From the NCBI GenBank assembly GCA_041654835.1, contig JBAZCQ010000002.1, forward strand, positions 74,476-138,475: a stretch of 64,000 nucleotides of DNA, in the 5' to 3' direction. This document shows positions 31,579 to 40,939 of this stretch, piece by piece. The stretch's first letter is position 1; every line of letters begins with the position of its first letter. Both the position numbers and the translations under genes were made by a program. The notes under the pieces are model-generated. The model was given only the letters and a program-made list of their open reading frames with translations. It was not told the DNA's origin and did not search any database. The DNA comes from Acholeplasmataceae bacterium (GTDB lineage Bacteria; Bacillota_I; Bacilli_A; Acholeplasmatales; Acholeplasmataceae).

Positions 31579-32196
31579 TTAGTATCCTTTCAATCGCATT
31601 TTTAATTGGTGGATGAATAAGCCAACATGATAGCCATCACAGAAGGCGTGATGAACCTCGATAGTAAGCGGTAATTCGCCTTTTTTAGTAATTTTCCCCC
31701 AGCCAATTCGCGGAATTGCATCGTGGGAGTCGAAGTTGGTTACGTTGGTTGCGTGGGTAAATGTTTCCCAAGGAAAGGTGGAAAAATAGAGCCAATCTTG
31801 TCGTGATTCTAATGTTTCATTTATAAATTGATCACCCTGTTTTAAAGCAGCAGCCTTTAATTTTTGTTCGAAAGTAATTAAATCATCCGCATATTCACCA
31901 TGGACAATTTTAAAACGGGAGCCATCACCAACTTTTTCAGTAAAGGAGGGATGGACATTCGCGAATAAAACGGGTTCGTTATCAACAAAACGATAGCGAA
32001 ATGCTTCTTGTTCATGGACGATTTTTAAAATGAGCCACATCATCCCATAATAAAAACTAACTTTATTTTTCTTTAAGTAGCGCAAGTATCTTTTAATGTT
32101 GACGTTTACTGTCATTTGAAATCTAGGCATCGAAAAGTTTTCATAAAAGCGAAAAATTTCTTTCCGTTCCCATTGTTCAACGTTGATCTTTTTCAT
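31579..32196 (-). CDS. CatA-like (type A chloramphenicol) O-acetyltransferase family protein
   Basis: 205 aa. It aligns by eye with CAT: W-x-R-x-E-x-F-x-FY at the N-terminus, STFPW, and the catalytic motif HHAFCDGYH (CAT consensus HHAVCDGFH). Confidence 0.8.
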   Translation of the reverse strand: MKKINVEQWERKEIFRFYENFSMPRFQMTVNVNIKRYLRYLKKNKVSFYYGMMWLILKIVHEQEAFRYRFVDNEPVLFANVHPSFTEKVGDGSRFKIVHGEYADDLITFEQKLKAAALKQGDQFINETLESRQDWLYFSTFPWETFTHATNVTNFDSHDAIPRIGWGKITKKGELPLTIEVHHAFCDGYHVGLFIHQLKMRLKGY

Positions 32197-33112
32197 TATT
32201 TTCTCCTTTTAAAAAAGCACTTCTTTTTTGGATGATTTCCTTGACAAATGGACTGTAAAAAGCGGCATCATACCCATGAACGGTTTGTTTTGTTTCATTT
32301 ATAACAACAGGAATTCCTGTTTGTTTAAGGCGCTCACCAAATAAAAGTCCTTCATCGCGTAAACAATCGTATTCAGCTGTTTCAATATATGTTTCAGGAA
32401 AACCGGTTAGATCAGCATCAAGAAACCTTGCATAACGAATCATTTCATGATTTCGATCGGGCAAATACAAAGACCACATATGATGATTAAGTTGAGCGTT
32501 CCACATCGGTGTATCCGTAAATTCTTTCATTGATGCGGTTTCTTGTCTGTCATCGATGACAGGGTAGATAAGAAGAAGTTTTTCCATTTGACGTTGAAGT
32601 CGATCACGGACAAGCATCGTTAATCCAATAGCCAGATGACCACCAGCACTATCACCAGCAACAGCGATTTGATTGGGGTCAATATCAAGTCTATCAGCAT
32701 TTTCAAGGAGCCATAAATAAGCAGCGTAACCTTGTTCTAGCGCATACGGAAAAGGGTATTTGGGGGCTAAGCGATATTTGACATAAATCGCTGTTTGCCG
32801 TTCATCATTTAAAAAAGCAGTCATCATTTTTAAATGAACCATTGTTCCTACATTTTGAAAGCCACCCCCATGAAAGAAAAGTAACGCTTTTTTGTGTGGG
32901 GTTTGTTTTTTCTTACTTAATAAAATAATCGTTGTTTTTTGACCGGGAATTTGAAAATACCGTTTCTTAACATTTTTAGGTGGACGATAAAAAATGATGC
33001 TTAAACGAAAGACAAAATTTAAAATAACCATTTGAAGCCATGAATTGGTTTTAGGTTTAATTTTAGCAAGCCACTTTAAATCTGGGTGAATGTTAAGATT
33101 TTGTTTCATCAT
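32177..33112 (-). CDS. Alpha/beta hydrolase, hormone-sensitive-lipase-type esterase
   Basis: The oxyanion motif HGGGF and nucleophile elbow GDSAGG are present. GGAGGAA lies directly upstream of the ATGATG at 33112/33109. The gene overlaps the msrB 3' end and the CAT-like 5' end. Confidence 0.82.
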   Translation of the reverse strand: MMKQNLNIHPDLKWLAKIKPKTNSWLQMVILNFVFRLSIIFYRPPKNVKKRYFQIPGQKTTIILLSKKKQTPHKKALLFFHGGGFQNVGTMVHLKMMTAFLNDERQTAIYVKYRLAPKYPFPYALEQGYAAYLWLLENADRLDIDPNQIAVAGDSAGGHLAIGLTMLVRDRLQRQMEKLLLIYPVIDDRQETASMKEFTDTPMWNAQLNHHMWSLYLPDRNHEMIRYARFLDADLTGFPETYIETAEYDCLRDEGLLFGERLKQTGIPVVINETKQTVHGYDAAFYSPFVKEIIQKRSAFLKGENNEKDQR

Positions 33113-33539
33113 TTCCTCCAAAAAGAGAGAGATATTGACCATAGCCTTCTGTTTCCATTTGCTCAAGAGGAATAAATTTTAAGGCAGCTGAGTTAATGCA
33201 ATACCGATAGCCGCCTAAATCAACAGGGCCATCACTAAATAAGTGACCGAGATGATGTTCACCTTTAAGCGAGCGAACTTCTGTACGAATCATTTGAAAC
33301 GAACGATCCATTTTTGTAACTAACTTTTGGATTGGTTTAGCAAAACTAGGCCAGCCACATGAACTTGGAAACTTATCTAAACTTGAAAAAAGAGGTTCGC
33401 CAGTAATAACATCAACATAAATTCCTCGCTCAAAATGATTCCAATATTGATTTTTAAAGGGAGGTTCGGTTCCGTTTTCTTGAGTAACATGGTAAGCCAG
33501 TGGACTCAGTTTCTTTTTTAAATCGGTTTTATTTTCCAT
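33093..33539 (-). CDS. msrB: Peptide-methionine (R)-S-oxide reductase
   Basis: 148 aa. The motifs CGWPSF and RYCINSAAL (catalytic Cys) are present. Confidence 0.93.
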   Translation of the reverse strand: MENKTDLKKKLSPLAYHVTQENGTEPPFKNQYWNHFERGIYVDVITGEPLFSSLDKFPSSCGWPSFAKPIQKLVTKMDRSFQMIRTEVRSLKGEHHLGHLFSDGPVDLGGYRYCINSAALKFIPLEQMETEGYGQYLSLFGGNDETKS

Positions 33540-33566
33540 GGTGATTCCTCCTATTGATGAGACAAA

Positions 33567-34664
33567 TTATGTGCCGCTTCTTCTAATAACTGTTTTATTT
33601 TCATCTAAAAATAAGACTTGATTGATTTTTAAATCTGAACGACCGTAACTGAAATCTGTTGATAAAATTTGGGCTCCGCTTAAGATGGCGTCATTTGCTC
33701 TTTCTTGATTAAAAAATAAATCAGAATCCATCCGTGTTCGAACAATAAAACCTGCTTGAACCAACGTTTGAATTTTATTAATGTTTACATCATTGTGTAC
33801 AAAAAAGGATGCATAATCTGGGTAAGTCTCCTGATCATAGGAACCAATAAAAAGGCTTTGGCTTTGCATCGATGGATCATTGTCATAATACATCTCATTA
33901 AATTTGCCAGGGTGAATGACAAAAATAAATTGATTCATCAAATCTTTGACCAAGGGCCAACCGCTTGTCGTAATTTTATCTTTAATCGTTACACTTGGAC
34001 CAACAAAATCACTGGGAGCAAAAAGCGCATCGCCTAATACTTCTTGGATTAAAGTATCAAACTGTTGGAAGACTTCAGGTGAATAACCTTCCAATGCTGG
34101 ATCTAACATCATCCAATCGTCTTTAATTTCAATTAAAACAATAACCGGTAAGTGAATTTGATAAGCAGAAAACAATTTCATTTCTTCCAATAATAACCGA
34201 AAATCAACGGCTGTTGTAGATGCATCAACCAAAGGCACATGAGTGACTTCAAAAATTCCTTTGCGATAACGAACATCAAACTCAAAGCTTCGAATCCCTT
34301 TTTCTAATTGGGTTGTCACATCATGGTAAGCATAACGCATCGCTTTCGCTTCTTGAGGAGTATCCCCTAAAGCAACAAAGAAACGGCCTAAAGCAGGTCC
34401 CCGTTTTTTATAGCTATTGTGGGTCGCAAGCATTTGAATTTCATTTAGGCGTAAGTTGGGGTCTGCTAACGAAAAGTTAACGAACTCGCTTTCATCAATG
34501 AGTTCGATTGTTTCAGCTTCATAAGCTGCTTCTAATTTTTCTAAACGTTGTTTTTGTTTGCGTAAATCACTTCCACGAATAAGCGATAAACGAAGCAAGC
34601 TATAACCAAAGAAAACAATCGCTCCTACTAAAATTAAGATCAGTATTTTAATTATTTTTTTCAT
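33567..34664 (-). CDS. Membrane-anchored PLC-like phosphodiesterase (PI-PLC X-domain-like)
   Basis: 365 aa. It has an N-terminal TM helix. LATHNSYK and FEFDV resemble the catalytic TIM-barrel motifs of PI-PLC-like enzymes. Confidence 0.6.
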   Translation of the reverse strand: MKKIIKILILILVGAIVFFGYSLLRLSLIRGSDLRKQKQRLEKLEAAYEAETIELIDESEFVNFSLADPNLRLNEIQMLATHNSYKKRGPALGRFFVALGDTPQEAKAMRYAYHDVTTQLEKGIRSFEFDVRYRKGIFEVTHVPLVDASTTAVDFRLLLEEMKLFSAYQIHLPVIVLIEIKDDWMMLDPALEGYSPEVFQQFDTLIQEVLGDALFAPSDFVGPSVTIKDKITTSGWPLVKDLMNQFIFVIHPGKFNEMYYDNDPSMQSQSLFIGSYDQETYPDYASFFVHNDVNINKIQTLVQAGFIVRTRMDSDLFFNQERANDAILSGAQILSTDFSYGRSDLKINQVLFLDENKTVIRRSGT

Positions 34665-34742
34665 GCGTTTTCCTCTCTTTTTAAAATCCGTAGTTGTCTT
34701 TTTGATAATAGTCGCTATAATGAAATTATGGAGGTGTTATCA

Positions 34743-34985
34743 ATGGATCAACCCGTTATTGCTCAAAAATTCCCTTACAAAGTCGAATTGGAAGGTGGCA
34801 AAAAATATTTATTTTGTACGTGTGGCCGTAGTGTAAACCAACCTTTTTGTGATTTACAAAGCCACAAGGAAACACCCTTTCGGCCGAAAACATTTAGTGT
34901 AGAAAAAGACGGCACCTATTTTTTATGCGGTTGTAAACGTTCAGAAAAACAACCTTTCTGCGACGGCACCCATAAAAAATTATAG
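34743..34985 (+). CDS. CDGSH iron-sulfur domain protein (two motifs)
   Basis: 80 aa from the ATG at 34743, with GGAGGTG 6 nt upstream. The motifs are CTCGRSVNQPFCDLQSH and CGCKRSEKQPFCDGTH. Confidence 0.85.
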   Translation: MDQPVIAQKFPYKVELEGGKKYLFCTCGRSVNQPFCDLQSHKETPFRPKTFSVEKDGTYFLCGCKRSEKQPFCDGTHKKL

Positions 34986-34987
34986 GA

Positions 34988-35845
34988 TCATTGGCCAAAA
35001 TCGCCTTGAATATGAAGCATTTCTAAGGTGATATCCCAAAACCGATCGACATTGGCTGCTTCTTCAATTAGGGGGTTTGCTGGAACAATCTGTCCATGCT
35101 TAACATACGCTCCAGAGTGTTGATTGAAAGAAGGATCATATAAGATCGTTGTTATATGTTTAGCAGAACGAAGAGGTGAATCACCTCTTTTTGAACGCCA
35201 ACGCCAAATGAAACTAGCAAGTTTAGATGTTTGTTTTGTCCCGATTGGGGTTTTTACGAGTCCTGGATCGATCGCAAAAATGGGAATCCCCGAGTACTTT
35301 TTGCTAAAGCCTTTAACGAAAAGAACATTATAAAGTTTAGAACGTTGATAGGCTCGCATAATGTTGTAACCTCTTAAAGATTCTAAATTGTTAAAATCTA
35401 AGCGAGCACGATAATGAGACAGTGAAGAAATGACAATAATTCTTGATGATAAAGCTTTTACCATAAAGGGTAGTAATTGATGTGTTAAATGAACAACTGC
35501 TAAATGGTTCACTTGAAATGTGAGTTCGTGATTGTCTGGACTGCGTTGTTTTTTTGAATTCACTTGTCCAGCAATGTGACACAAATCGGTGAGTTGCCAC
35601 TTTTTATCATTGAGGAGAACCTTTGTTTTTTCAACAAGTGCTTTCACTTCTTCATGGCTGTTTAATGATCCTTGAATTGGAAAAAAATGGGTGAAGTCGA
35701 GGGCTTTAAGTTCTGCTTCTAAAGCGTTTAATTTTGCTATAGACCGACCAACACCAATGACAACGCCACCTTTTTTTAACAGTTCGATAACGAGACTTTT
35801 GCCAATTCCTGAAGTTGCTCCTGTAACAAAAGTGATTCTTTTCAT
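34988..35845 (-). CDS. Short-chain dehydrogenase/reductase (SDR)
   Basis: TGATSGIGKS and the catalytic YQRSK are present. There are three consecutive ATGs, and the third has the best spacing from the GGAGAA. Confidence 0.88.
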   Translation of the reverse strand: MKRITFVTGATSGIGKSLVIELLKKGGVVIGVGRSIAKLNALEAELKALDFTHFFPIQGSLNSHEEVKALVEKTKVLLNDKKWQLTDLCHIAGQVNSKKQRSPDNHELTFQVNHLAVVHLTHQLLPFMVKALSSRIIVISSLSHYRARLDFNNLESLRGYNIMRAYQRSKLYNVLFVKGFSKKYSGIPIFAIDPGLVKTPIGTKQTSKLASFIWRWRSKRGDSPLRSAKHITTILYDPSFNQHSGAYVKHGQIVPANPLIEEAANVDRFWDITLEMLHIQGDFGQ

Positions 35846-35940
35846 CATCATTCTCCTTTCTTTCTATTATACAACAGAGCGATTTATCTTTTGATACATA
35901 CGGTAGAATAAAGCACCAATCTTTTTTGTTATAGAAAAGA

Positions 35941-35962
35941 ATAGCAGCTCATCGGCTGCTAT
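35941..35962 (-). terminator. Intrinsic terminator after the esterase gene
   Basis: Hairpin ATAGCAGC-loop-GCTGCTAT overlaps the stop codon. T-rich sequence follows on the minus strand. Confidence 0.6.
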
Positions 35963-36717
35963 TTTTTCTTTTCACCAAACATCCATTTGATGACTTCTTG
36001 AATATATAAATCCCATAAACGCCATTCATGGCCTCCCGGTGTTTCTAACAATTCATAAGTCATTTTTTCTTGACTTAAAAAGCTTTTGAGTTTGGTATGA
36101 TGTCCTAGTAAATGATCGTCAGTGCCACATGCAAGAAATAAATCAGGCACCTTTTTCGCATCGTTTGCTTGTTTAAATAAATGATATAAATCATCACTTG
36201 TTCCTACAACAGGCAACGTTTTAAAAACTTGGTTAAATTTGGTTCGATAATCTGAATTTGTTGCGTTGTTATAAAGTGCATCGATATCGATGACACCTGA
36301 TAAACTCGCCACTTTATGGAATTGATAAGGCGGGGTTAATGCCAGCTTAAGAGCACCGTAACCTCCCATTGATAATCCCGCTATATAGCGATCTTCTTTC
36401 TTTTTTGATACATGAAACATTGTTTCAATGGTTTCAGGTAAGTCGTTGAAAACAGCATCGAAATAATTGTTTCCTGAAGGACCATTTGTATAAAAGTGGT
36501 TATAACCACTAGGCATGACGACACAGACAGGATAATCACGAATATATCTTTCAATTGCCGTCAGGCGCACCCAGTCCATATAATGACCCATATACCCATG
36601 TAAAAGGTATAACACCTTAACCGGTGTTCCCTCGGGGACATGATCGGGGTAAATAACATTAACCGATGTATTTCTTACCAACGCTTTAGAATAAACTTGA
36701 CACTGTATAAAAGCCAT
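35959..36717 (-). CDS. Esterase family protein (esterase D / tributyrin esterase-like)
   Basis: 252 aa. The nucleophile elbow GLSMGGYGA is present, with LHG near the N-terminus and a C-terminal GGHEW. Confidence 0.82.
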   Translation of the reverse strand: MAFIQCQVYSKALVRNTSVNVIYPDHVPEGTPVKVLYLLHGYMGHYMDWVRLTAIERYIRDYPVCVVMPSGYNHFYTNGPSGNNYFDAVFNDLPETIETMFHVSKKKEDRYIAGLSMGGYGALKLALTPPYQFHKVASLSGVIDIDALYNNATNSDYRTKFNQVFKTLPVVGTSDDLYHLFKQANDAKKVPDLFLACGTDDHLLGHHTKLKSFLSQEKMTYELLETPGGHEWRLWDLYIQEVIKWMFGEKKK

Positions 36718-36735
36718 GAATTGTACCTCTTCTTA

Positions 36736-37548
36736 TTAATCGATGAGTTGAATCATTTCGTAAATTAAAAGAATTTCTTCTTGGATTTCTGTAAAAAAGG
36801 ATTCGTCAATTGGTTTAAACATTTTTAAATCAAAGGTATCTTTTCGTGTATCGATGGCAATATAAATTTTATCCTTTTTAAAACCAAACATCACCCGATG
36901 GGCAATATTTCTAAACTCAATCAGCTTTTCTATAAAAACAGGTTTTAACAAGAGATATGCACTATGCTTATCTTCTGTGTAGACATTATAAGTTTGGTTA
37001 AATTCGATTGACTCTAATTCAACTTTTTCTAAATGTGGTAACCAACGGCTTAAAAACTGTCTTGGAAAAACGTAAATTTCTTTAGAAAAAAACTTCTTCG
37101 CATCAAAAATGAAAAACCGACCTTGAAAAACGGTAACGACTGTCGTCGTTTTTCCTGTCGAACGCACATCTTGTAAGTGAACATCTGCGCTTTCAAAGAA
37201 ATACCCTTGAATTTCTCCTGCTAAATAGTCTTCACTACTATAACGGTCTTCTTTCCGTAAAACTTTCGAGTCATAAACGGTTTCCTTAGGAAAACCCCGA
37301 TAAGGATCAAAGGCAAGATGAGGATACTCCTCGTGAATGACGTCTTTTACAAAGTTAGTTTTAAAATAAATCGACAGCTTTTTTACGGAAGTGCTCGTAT
37401 AAATCATGCCGATACCACCAAATAAAAAACCGATAAGTAAAAATGGATAAGCCATAAACAAAATAAAAGACAGCCCCGTGACGACACCACTGACAATAAA
37501 GAGATTTTCAAAAAGTTGTTTTTTACGTTTAATATCAGCTAATTTCAT
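36736..37548 (-). CDS. Two-TM membrane protein, DUF3137-like
   Basis: 270 aa. An N-terminal hairpin of two TM helices precedes a soluble domain of about 200 aa. The family is named from memory only. Its ATG overlaps the NYN gene stop (ATGA). Confidence 0.55.
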   Translation of the reverse strand: MKLADIKRKKQLFENLFIVSGVVTGLSFILFMAYPFLLIGFLFGGIGMIYTSTSVKKLSIYFKTNFVKDVIHEEYPHLAFDPYRGFPKETVYDSKVLRKEDRYSSEDYLAGEIQGYFFESADVHLQDVRSTGKTTTVVTVFQGRFFIFDAKKFFSKEIYVFPRQFLSRWLPHLEKVELESIEFNQTYNVYTEDKHSAYLLLKPVFIEKLIEFRNIAHRVMFGFKKDKIYIAIDTRKDTFDLKMFKPIDESFFTEIQEEILLIYEMIQLID

Positions 37549-38429
37549 TTTTCATTGAGGTGAACCCATTGGCTATTGACAGTGACTTGTTTGATACTAC
37601 CGATAAACTTGCCAAACTGGGAATACCCATACTCCTTATAATTAAATCCTGAAAAAGTTGCTTCAAGCTGTTTTTTCAGTTTTGTTAATAACATCTTCTT
37701 TTCTTTTTGTTTAGTTAAGATTTTTAACGTTTCTTCAACAATTGTTTCCATTTGAATACCAGAATGAAACTCAACGATCATATCATTATGGGTTGTCATC
37801 ATTCCACTAAAGGTGTTGACAAGACTGGATAAGTTTTTAACGCCATATTTTCTTACGTCAAAGTCAGAACTACGATTTCTTAGCATGTTTCCTAAATCGG
37901 ATAGAGGCATTTTATTACCTCGCTCGATAATCATATCTTTAATGATTTTTTCGATATCTTCATAATCGTCATTATCATCATGATCTTCATCATCTTCTAA
38001 ATAAGCAAAATATTTAAATTCGCTGCAAGCGGATTTAAACGCTTGAGAAACTTTGTTTTCTTCACCCATACCAATAACGGTCATCCCACCTTCTCTTAAC
38101 TTCATGGCAAGAGGGGTGAAATCGCTGTCGCTTGTAACTAAAAAAAACGTGTTCACTTTTTGTTGATACATCATCTCTAATGCGTCGATAGCCATTGCCA
38201 TATCGGCTGCATTTTTTCCTGAAGCGACATTGTATTGGTGTACGGGTTTAATCGCGTAATTTAGAGCTGTTTCATTCCATTCTTTTGATAATTTATATAA
38301 ATCTCCATAAAATCTTGAAATAATAATCCGCCCATATTTAGCAATTTCATTCATCATAGGTTTAATATATTTCGCAGAAATATTTTCTGAATCAATAAGT
38401 AAAGCTATGCGGTAGTCTTTGGTTTCCAT
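37545..38429 (-). CDS. NYN-domain (LabA/limkain-b1-type) protein with C-terminal OST-HTH/LOTUS-like domain
   Basis: The N-terminus YRIALLIDSENISAKYI...FLVTSDSDFTPLA is the NYN/PIN-like nuclease pattern. An acidic linker follows, and the C-terminal region of about 150 aa looks like two LOTUS-like units. AAGAGGA lies upstream of the ATG at 38429. Confidence 0.75.
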   Translation of the reverse strand: METKDYRIALLIDSENISAKYIKPMMNEIAKYGRIIISRFYGDLYKLSKEWNETALNYAIKPVHQYNVASGKNAADMAMAIDALEMMYQQKVNTFFLVTSDSDFTPLAMKLREGGMTVIGMGEENKVSQAFKSACSEFKYFAYLEDDEDHDDNDDYEDIEKIIKDMIIERGNKMPLSDLGNMLRNRSSDFDVRKYGVKNLSSLVNTFSGMMTTHNDMIVEFHSGIQMETIVEETLKILTKQKEKKMLLTKLKKQLEATFSGFNYKEYGYSQFGKFIGSIKQVTVNSQWVHLNEK

Positions 38430-38461
38430 ATAATCCTCTTTTCTTCGCATCTTATAGTGTT

Positions 38462-38470
38462 AGTATATCA
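38462..38470 (-). promoter_or_regulatory. Extended -10-like element (TGaTATACT) upstream of the NYN gene
   Basis: The minus strand reads TGATATACT about 30 nt upstream of the start. Confidence 0.35.
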
Positions 38471-38500
38471 CACTGTCATTTTTAATAAAAATGAAGCTGT

Positions 38501-39316
38501 CTAAACAATGATTGATTTTTTATCAAATAGAACGATACTTCCAATAAAGAAAGCTACACCAACAATAAGTGTTAAAATGAGCTCCAAAAGACCATGGATT
38601 CCGCCAGCTAATAGATGGGAAATATGAATGAGCGAGTATGGGGATAAATATTTAAGAAAATGGGTTGCCTCATTAATTTCACTCAACATTTTAATGATGA
38701 AAAAACCAATTAATAAAAGACTTGAAAGCCCCGTCGCTTGACTCGAATCAGCCATCCATATACTGAGAAAAAATGTCAGTCCAGCTAACATGAAATGAAC
38801 CCCAAAAGTAACGAAGTTTAACATGAGAAAAGGGCCTATTTGCAGTGTTTTCGGAAACATAACACTAGCCATAATCATCATCACCGCAACATTGATAAAT
38901 AAAACAAAAAAGAGGGTAGTTATTAAAAAGACAAGTTGTGTTACGACAATTTTCTTACGGGAATAAGGCATGGTGATTAAATAAACTAAAGAGCCTTGGC
39001 TTTGGTATTTACCAATCAAACGATTGCCTAAAATGATAATAAAGATTGCGGGAAATAACACCATGATAAAGCCATATAAATAATGGGCAACATAGCTCGT
39101 TATTTCCGTTCCAAACGATGTGAAACCAAGCATTTTTAAAAGCGCTTCTGGCACCATTTGTAACATCGCTTCAAGCGCCTCAGAGCTACTTGGATCATAC
39201 ATCCCTATACTAATGGTGCTATATAAAAGAATGATCAGTGTGAAACCAATAATAATGCCTTTGTTTTCTTTTAAATTAAACACAAACAATGTTTTAATCA
39301 TTTTTTTCATCTCCAT
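38501..39316 (-). CDS. ABC-2 type transporter permease
   Basis: 271 aa with six predicted TM segments. It overlaps the 3' end of the upstream ATPase gene. Confidence 0.8.
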   Translation of the reverse strand: MEMKKMIKTLFVFNLKENKGIIIGFTLIILLYSTISIGMYDPSSSEALEAMLQMVPEALLKMLGFTSFGTEITSYVAHYLYGFIMVLFPAIFIIILGNRLIGKYQSQGSLVYLITMPYSRKKIVVTQLVFLITTLFFVLFINVAVMMIMASVMFPKTLQIGPFLMLNFVTFGVHFMLAGLTFFLSIWMADSSQATGLSSLLLIGFFIIKMLSEINEATHFLKYLSPYSLIHISHLLAGGIHGLLELILTLIVGVAFFIGSIVLFDKKSIIV

Positions 39317-40172
39317 AATACATCATAAAAATGTCTTCAATCGATTGTCGTTTATTTTCGATTTTCACAACATCAAACTGAGATAAAAAGCCCAACGCTT
39401 CTTTTAGGTTGTCTTTAATAAAGAGTTCATATTGTGTAGCCGTTTTTTTAATTATTTTAAAAGAACCCTTTAAAATATTATCATTTTCCTTATCAAGGGT
39501 CACAGTATAAAGTTCTTCTACTGCCGTTTTTTTCTTAGTAAAGTCCTCGATTGTCATCACACGACCCTCTTTAATGAGAAGGGCTCTATCACATACTTTT
39601 TCAATTTCTTCAAAAATATGTGATGACATTAAAATTGTTTTTCCTCTTGCCTTTTCTTCAATAACAAGAGATAAAAAACGGTTTTGCATGAGTGGGTCAA
39701 GGCCGCTGGTTGGCTCATCTAAAATCAAAATTTGTGGGTCATGCATAAAAGCCGCAACTAACGCGAGTTTTTGTTTCATCCCTTTAGACATCTTTTTAAT
39801 AGGAACCGTTTCATCAAGTTCAAAATATTGTAGTAAAGTTTCTCTTTTTGTCATATCTTTCATTTGGCGCATTTGCGAAAGGAAATCTAAAAACTGCTTC
39901 CCAGTAAAACGGTTAAAAAAATGAATTTCACCCGGTAAATAACCAACCTGTTGATTGACTTCTACAACATCTTTTCTCGGGTCTAATCCATTAATTAAAA
40001 TGGAACCTTCGGTTAAATTCATTTGTCCTAAAAGACCTCTAATCGTCGTTGTTTTTCCTGATCCATTCGGCCCTAAAAAACCAAAGATTTCGCCAGCTTC
40101 AATCGTAAAACTCACATCAAAAATACCTTTTTTAGAAGGATACATTTGCGTTAATTGGTGGACACGAATCAT
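39294..40172 (-). CDS. ABC transporter ATP-binding protein
   Basis: Walker A GPNGSGKT, signature MSKGMKQK and Walker B ILILDEPTSGLD are present. The ATG is at 40172. The track start at 40181 is a TTG. Confidence 0.9.
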   Translation of the reverse strand: MIRVHQLTQMYPSKKGIFDVSFTIEAGEIFGFLGPNGSGKTTTIRGLLGQMNLTEGSILINGLDPRKDVVEVNQQVGYLPGEIHFFNRFTGKQFLDFLSQMRQMKDMTKRETLLQYFELDETVPIKKMSKGMKQKLALVAAFMHDPQILILDEPTSGLDPLMQNRFLSLVIEEKARGKTILMSSHIFEEIEKVCDRALLIKEGRVMTIEDFTKKKTAVEELYTVTLDKENDNILKGSFKIIKKTATQYELFIKDNLKEALGFLSQFDVVKIENKRQSIEDIFMMYYGDEKND

Positions 40173-40241
40173 GGACCTCAACCTTTCTTTTGTTTGCTTT
40201 CATTATAACTGTTTTTTCTAAACGATTCAATCTAATAAAAG

Positions 40242-40258
40242 AGCCATCAATGATGGCT
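40242..40258 (-). terminator. Intrinsic terminator after the PII-like/DUF1538 operon
   Basis: Hairpin AGCCATC-aat-GATGGCT has T-rich sequence after it on the minus strand. Confidence 0.6.
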
Positions 40259-40264
40259 TTTCAT

Positions 40265-40939
40265 TTATACATTGAGTCCTTTTTGCAGACCAAAGGTTTG
40301 GTTTACATCTTGAACAAAAACAATGCCGTTTCCAGGTTTTTCAATTTCCAAGGCTTGACTAATACTGTTTACAATTCCTTTGGTGAGTTGTGTTTCACAC
40401 AAAACAAGAACGATTTCTTTTTCTGGTAAAACTTCCATATTAAATAACTTCACTGTTTCGTGAATACCAGAACCACGGGCATTAATAATCGTGCCTCCTC
40501 GTGAACCTGCAGCTTTGCTTGCATCGATCACAAGATGAGCTTTTCCTTTATCTACAATGGTAAATACGGCTTGATACATAGGTTCTTCAACTCCTTTGTT
40601 TGGATTTTCTTCGGGAAATAATCGTGAACCAATGACTTGATGAATGGGGACACTAAAGGCAATCCCTTTATTTGGCTTATCAAACTTAAACTTTTCACTC
40701 ACTTGTTTTAAAGCAATTTCACCTTTAATTGTTTCAGCCAACATAAAGATGATTTCTTTTTTAATCGTTGTTAAATCTAAAAACTCAAAAAGTTTTGAAA
40801 CTCGAACCGTGCCCATTCCATAAAACACTGTCGCTCCGGTAAAGCCCAATTGTTTTGCATAGCGGACAATCGTATTGGCTTGACCATAATTGGCGATAAT
40901 GACGTATAGATCGATTGCATGGAGAAATTTATTTTCCAT
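40265..40939 (-). CDS. Tandem P-II-like signal-transduction protein (two PII-like halves)
   Basis: 224 aa, equal to two units of about 110 aa. Each starts with a beta-alpha-beta pattern (LYVIIANYGQANTIVRYAKQLGFTGATVF and YQAVFTIVDKGKAHLVIDASKAAGSRGGTII). It overlaps the DUF1538 gene by 11 nt. Confidence 0.7.
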   Translation of the reverse strand: MENKFLHAIDLYVIIANYGQANTIVRYAKQLGFTGATVFYGMGTVRVSKLFEFLDLTTIKKEIIFMLAETIKGEIALKQVSEKFKFDKPNKGIAFSVPIHQVIGSRLFPEENPNKGVEEPMYQAVFTIVDKGKAHLVIDASKAAGSRGGTIINARGSGIHETVKLFNMEVLPEKEIVLVLCETQLTKGIVNSISQALEIEKPGNGIVFVQDVNQTFGLQKGLNV

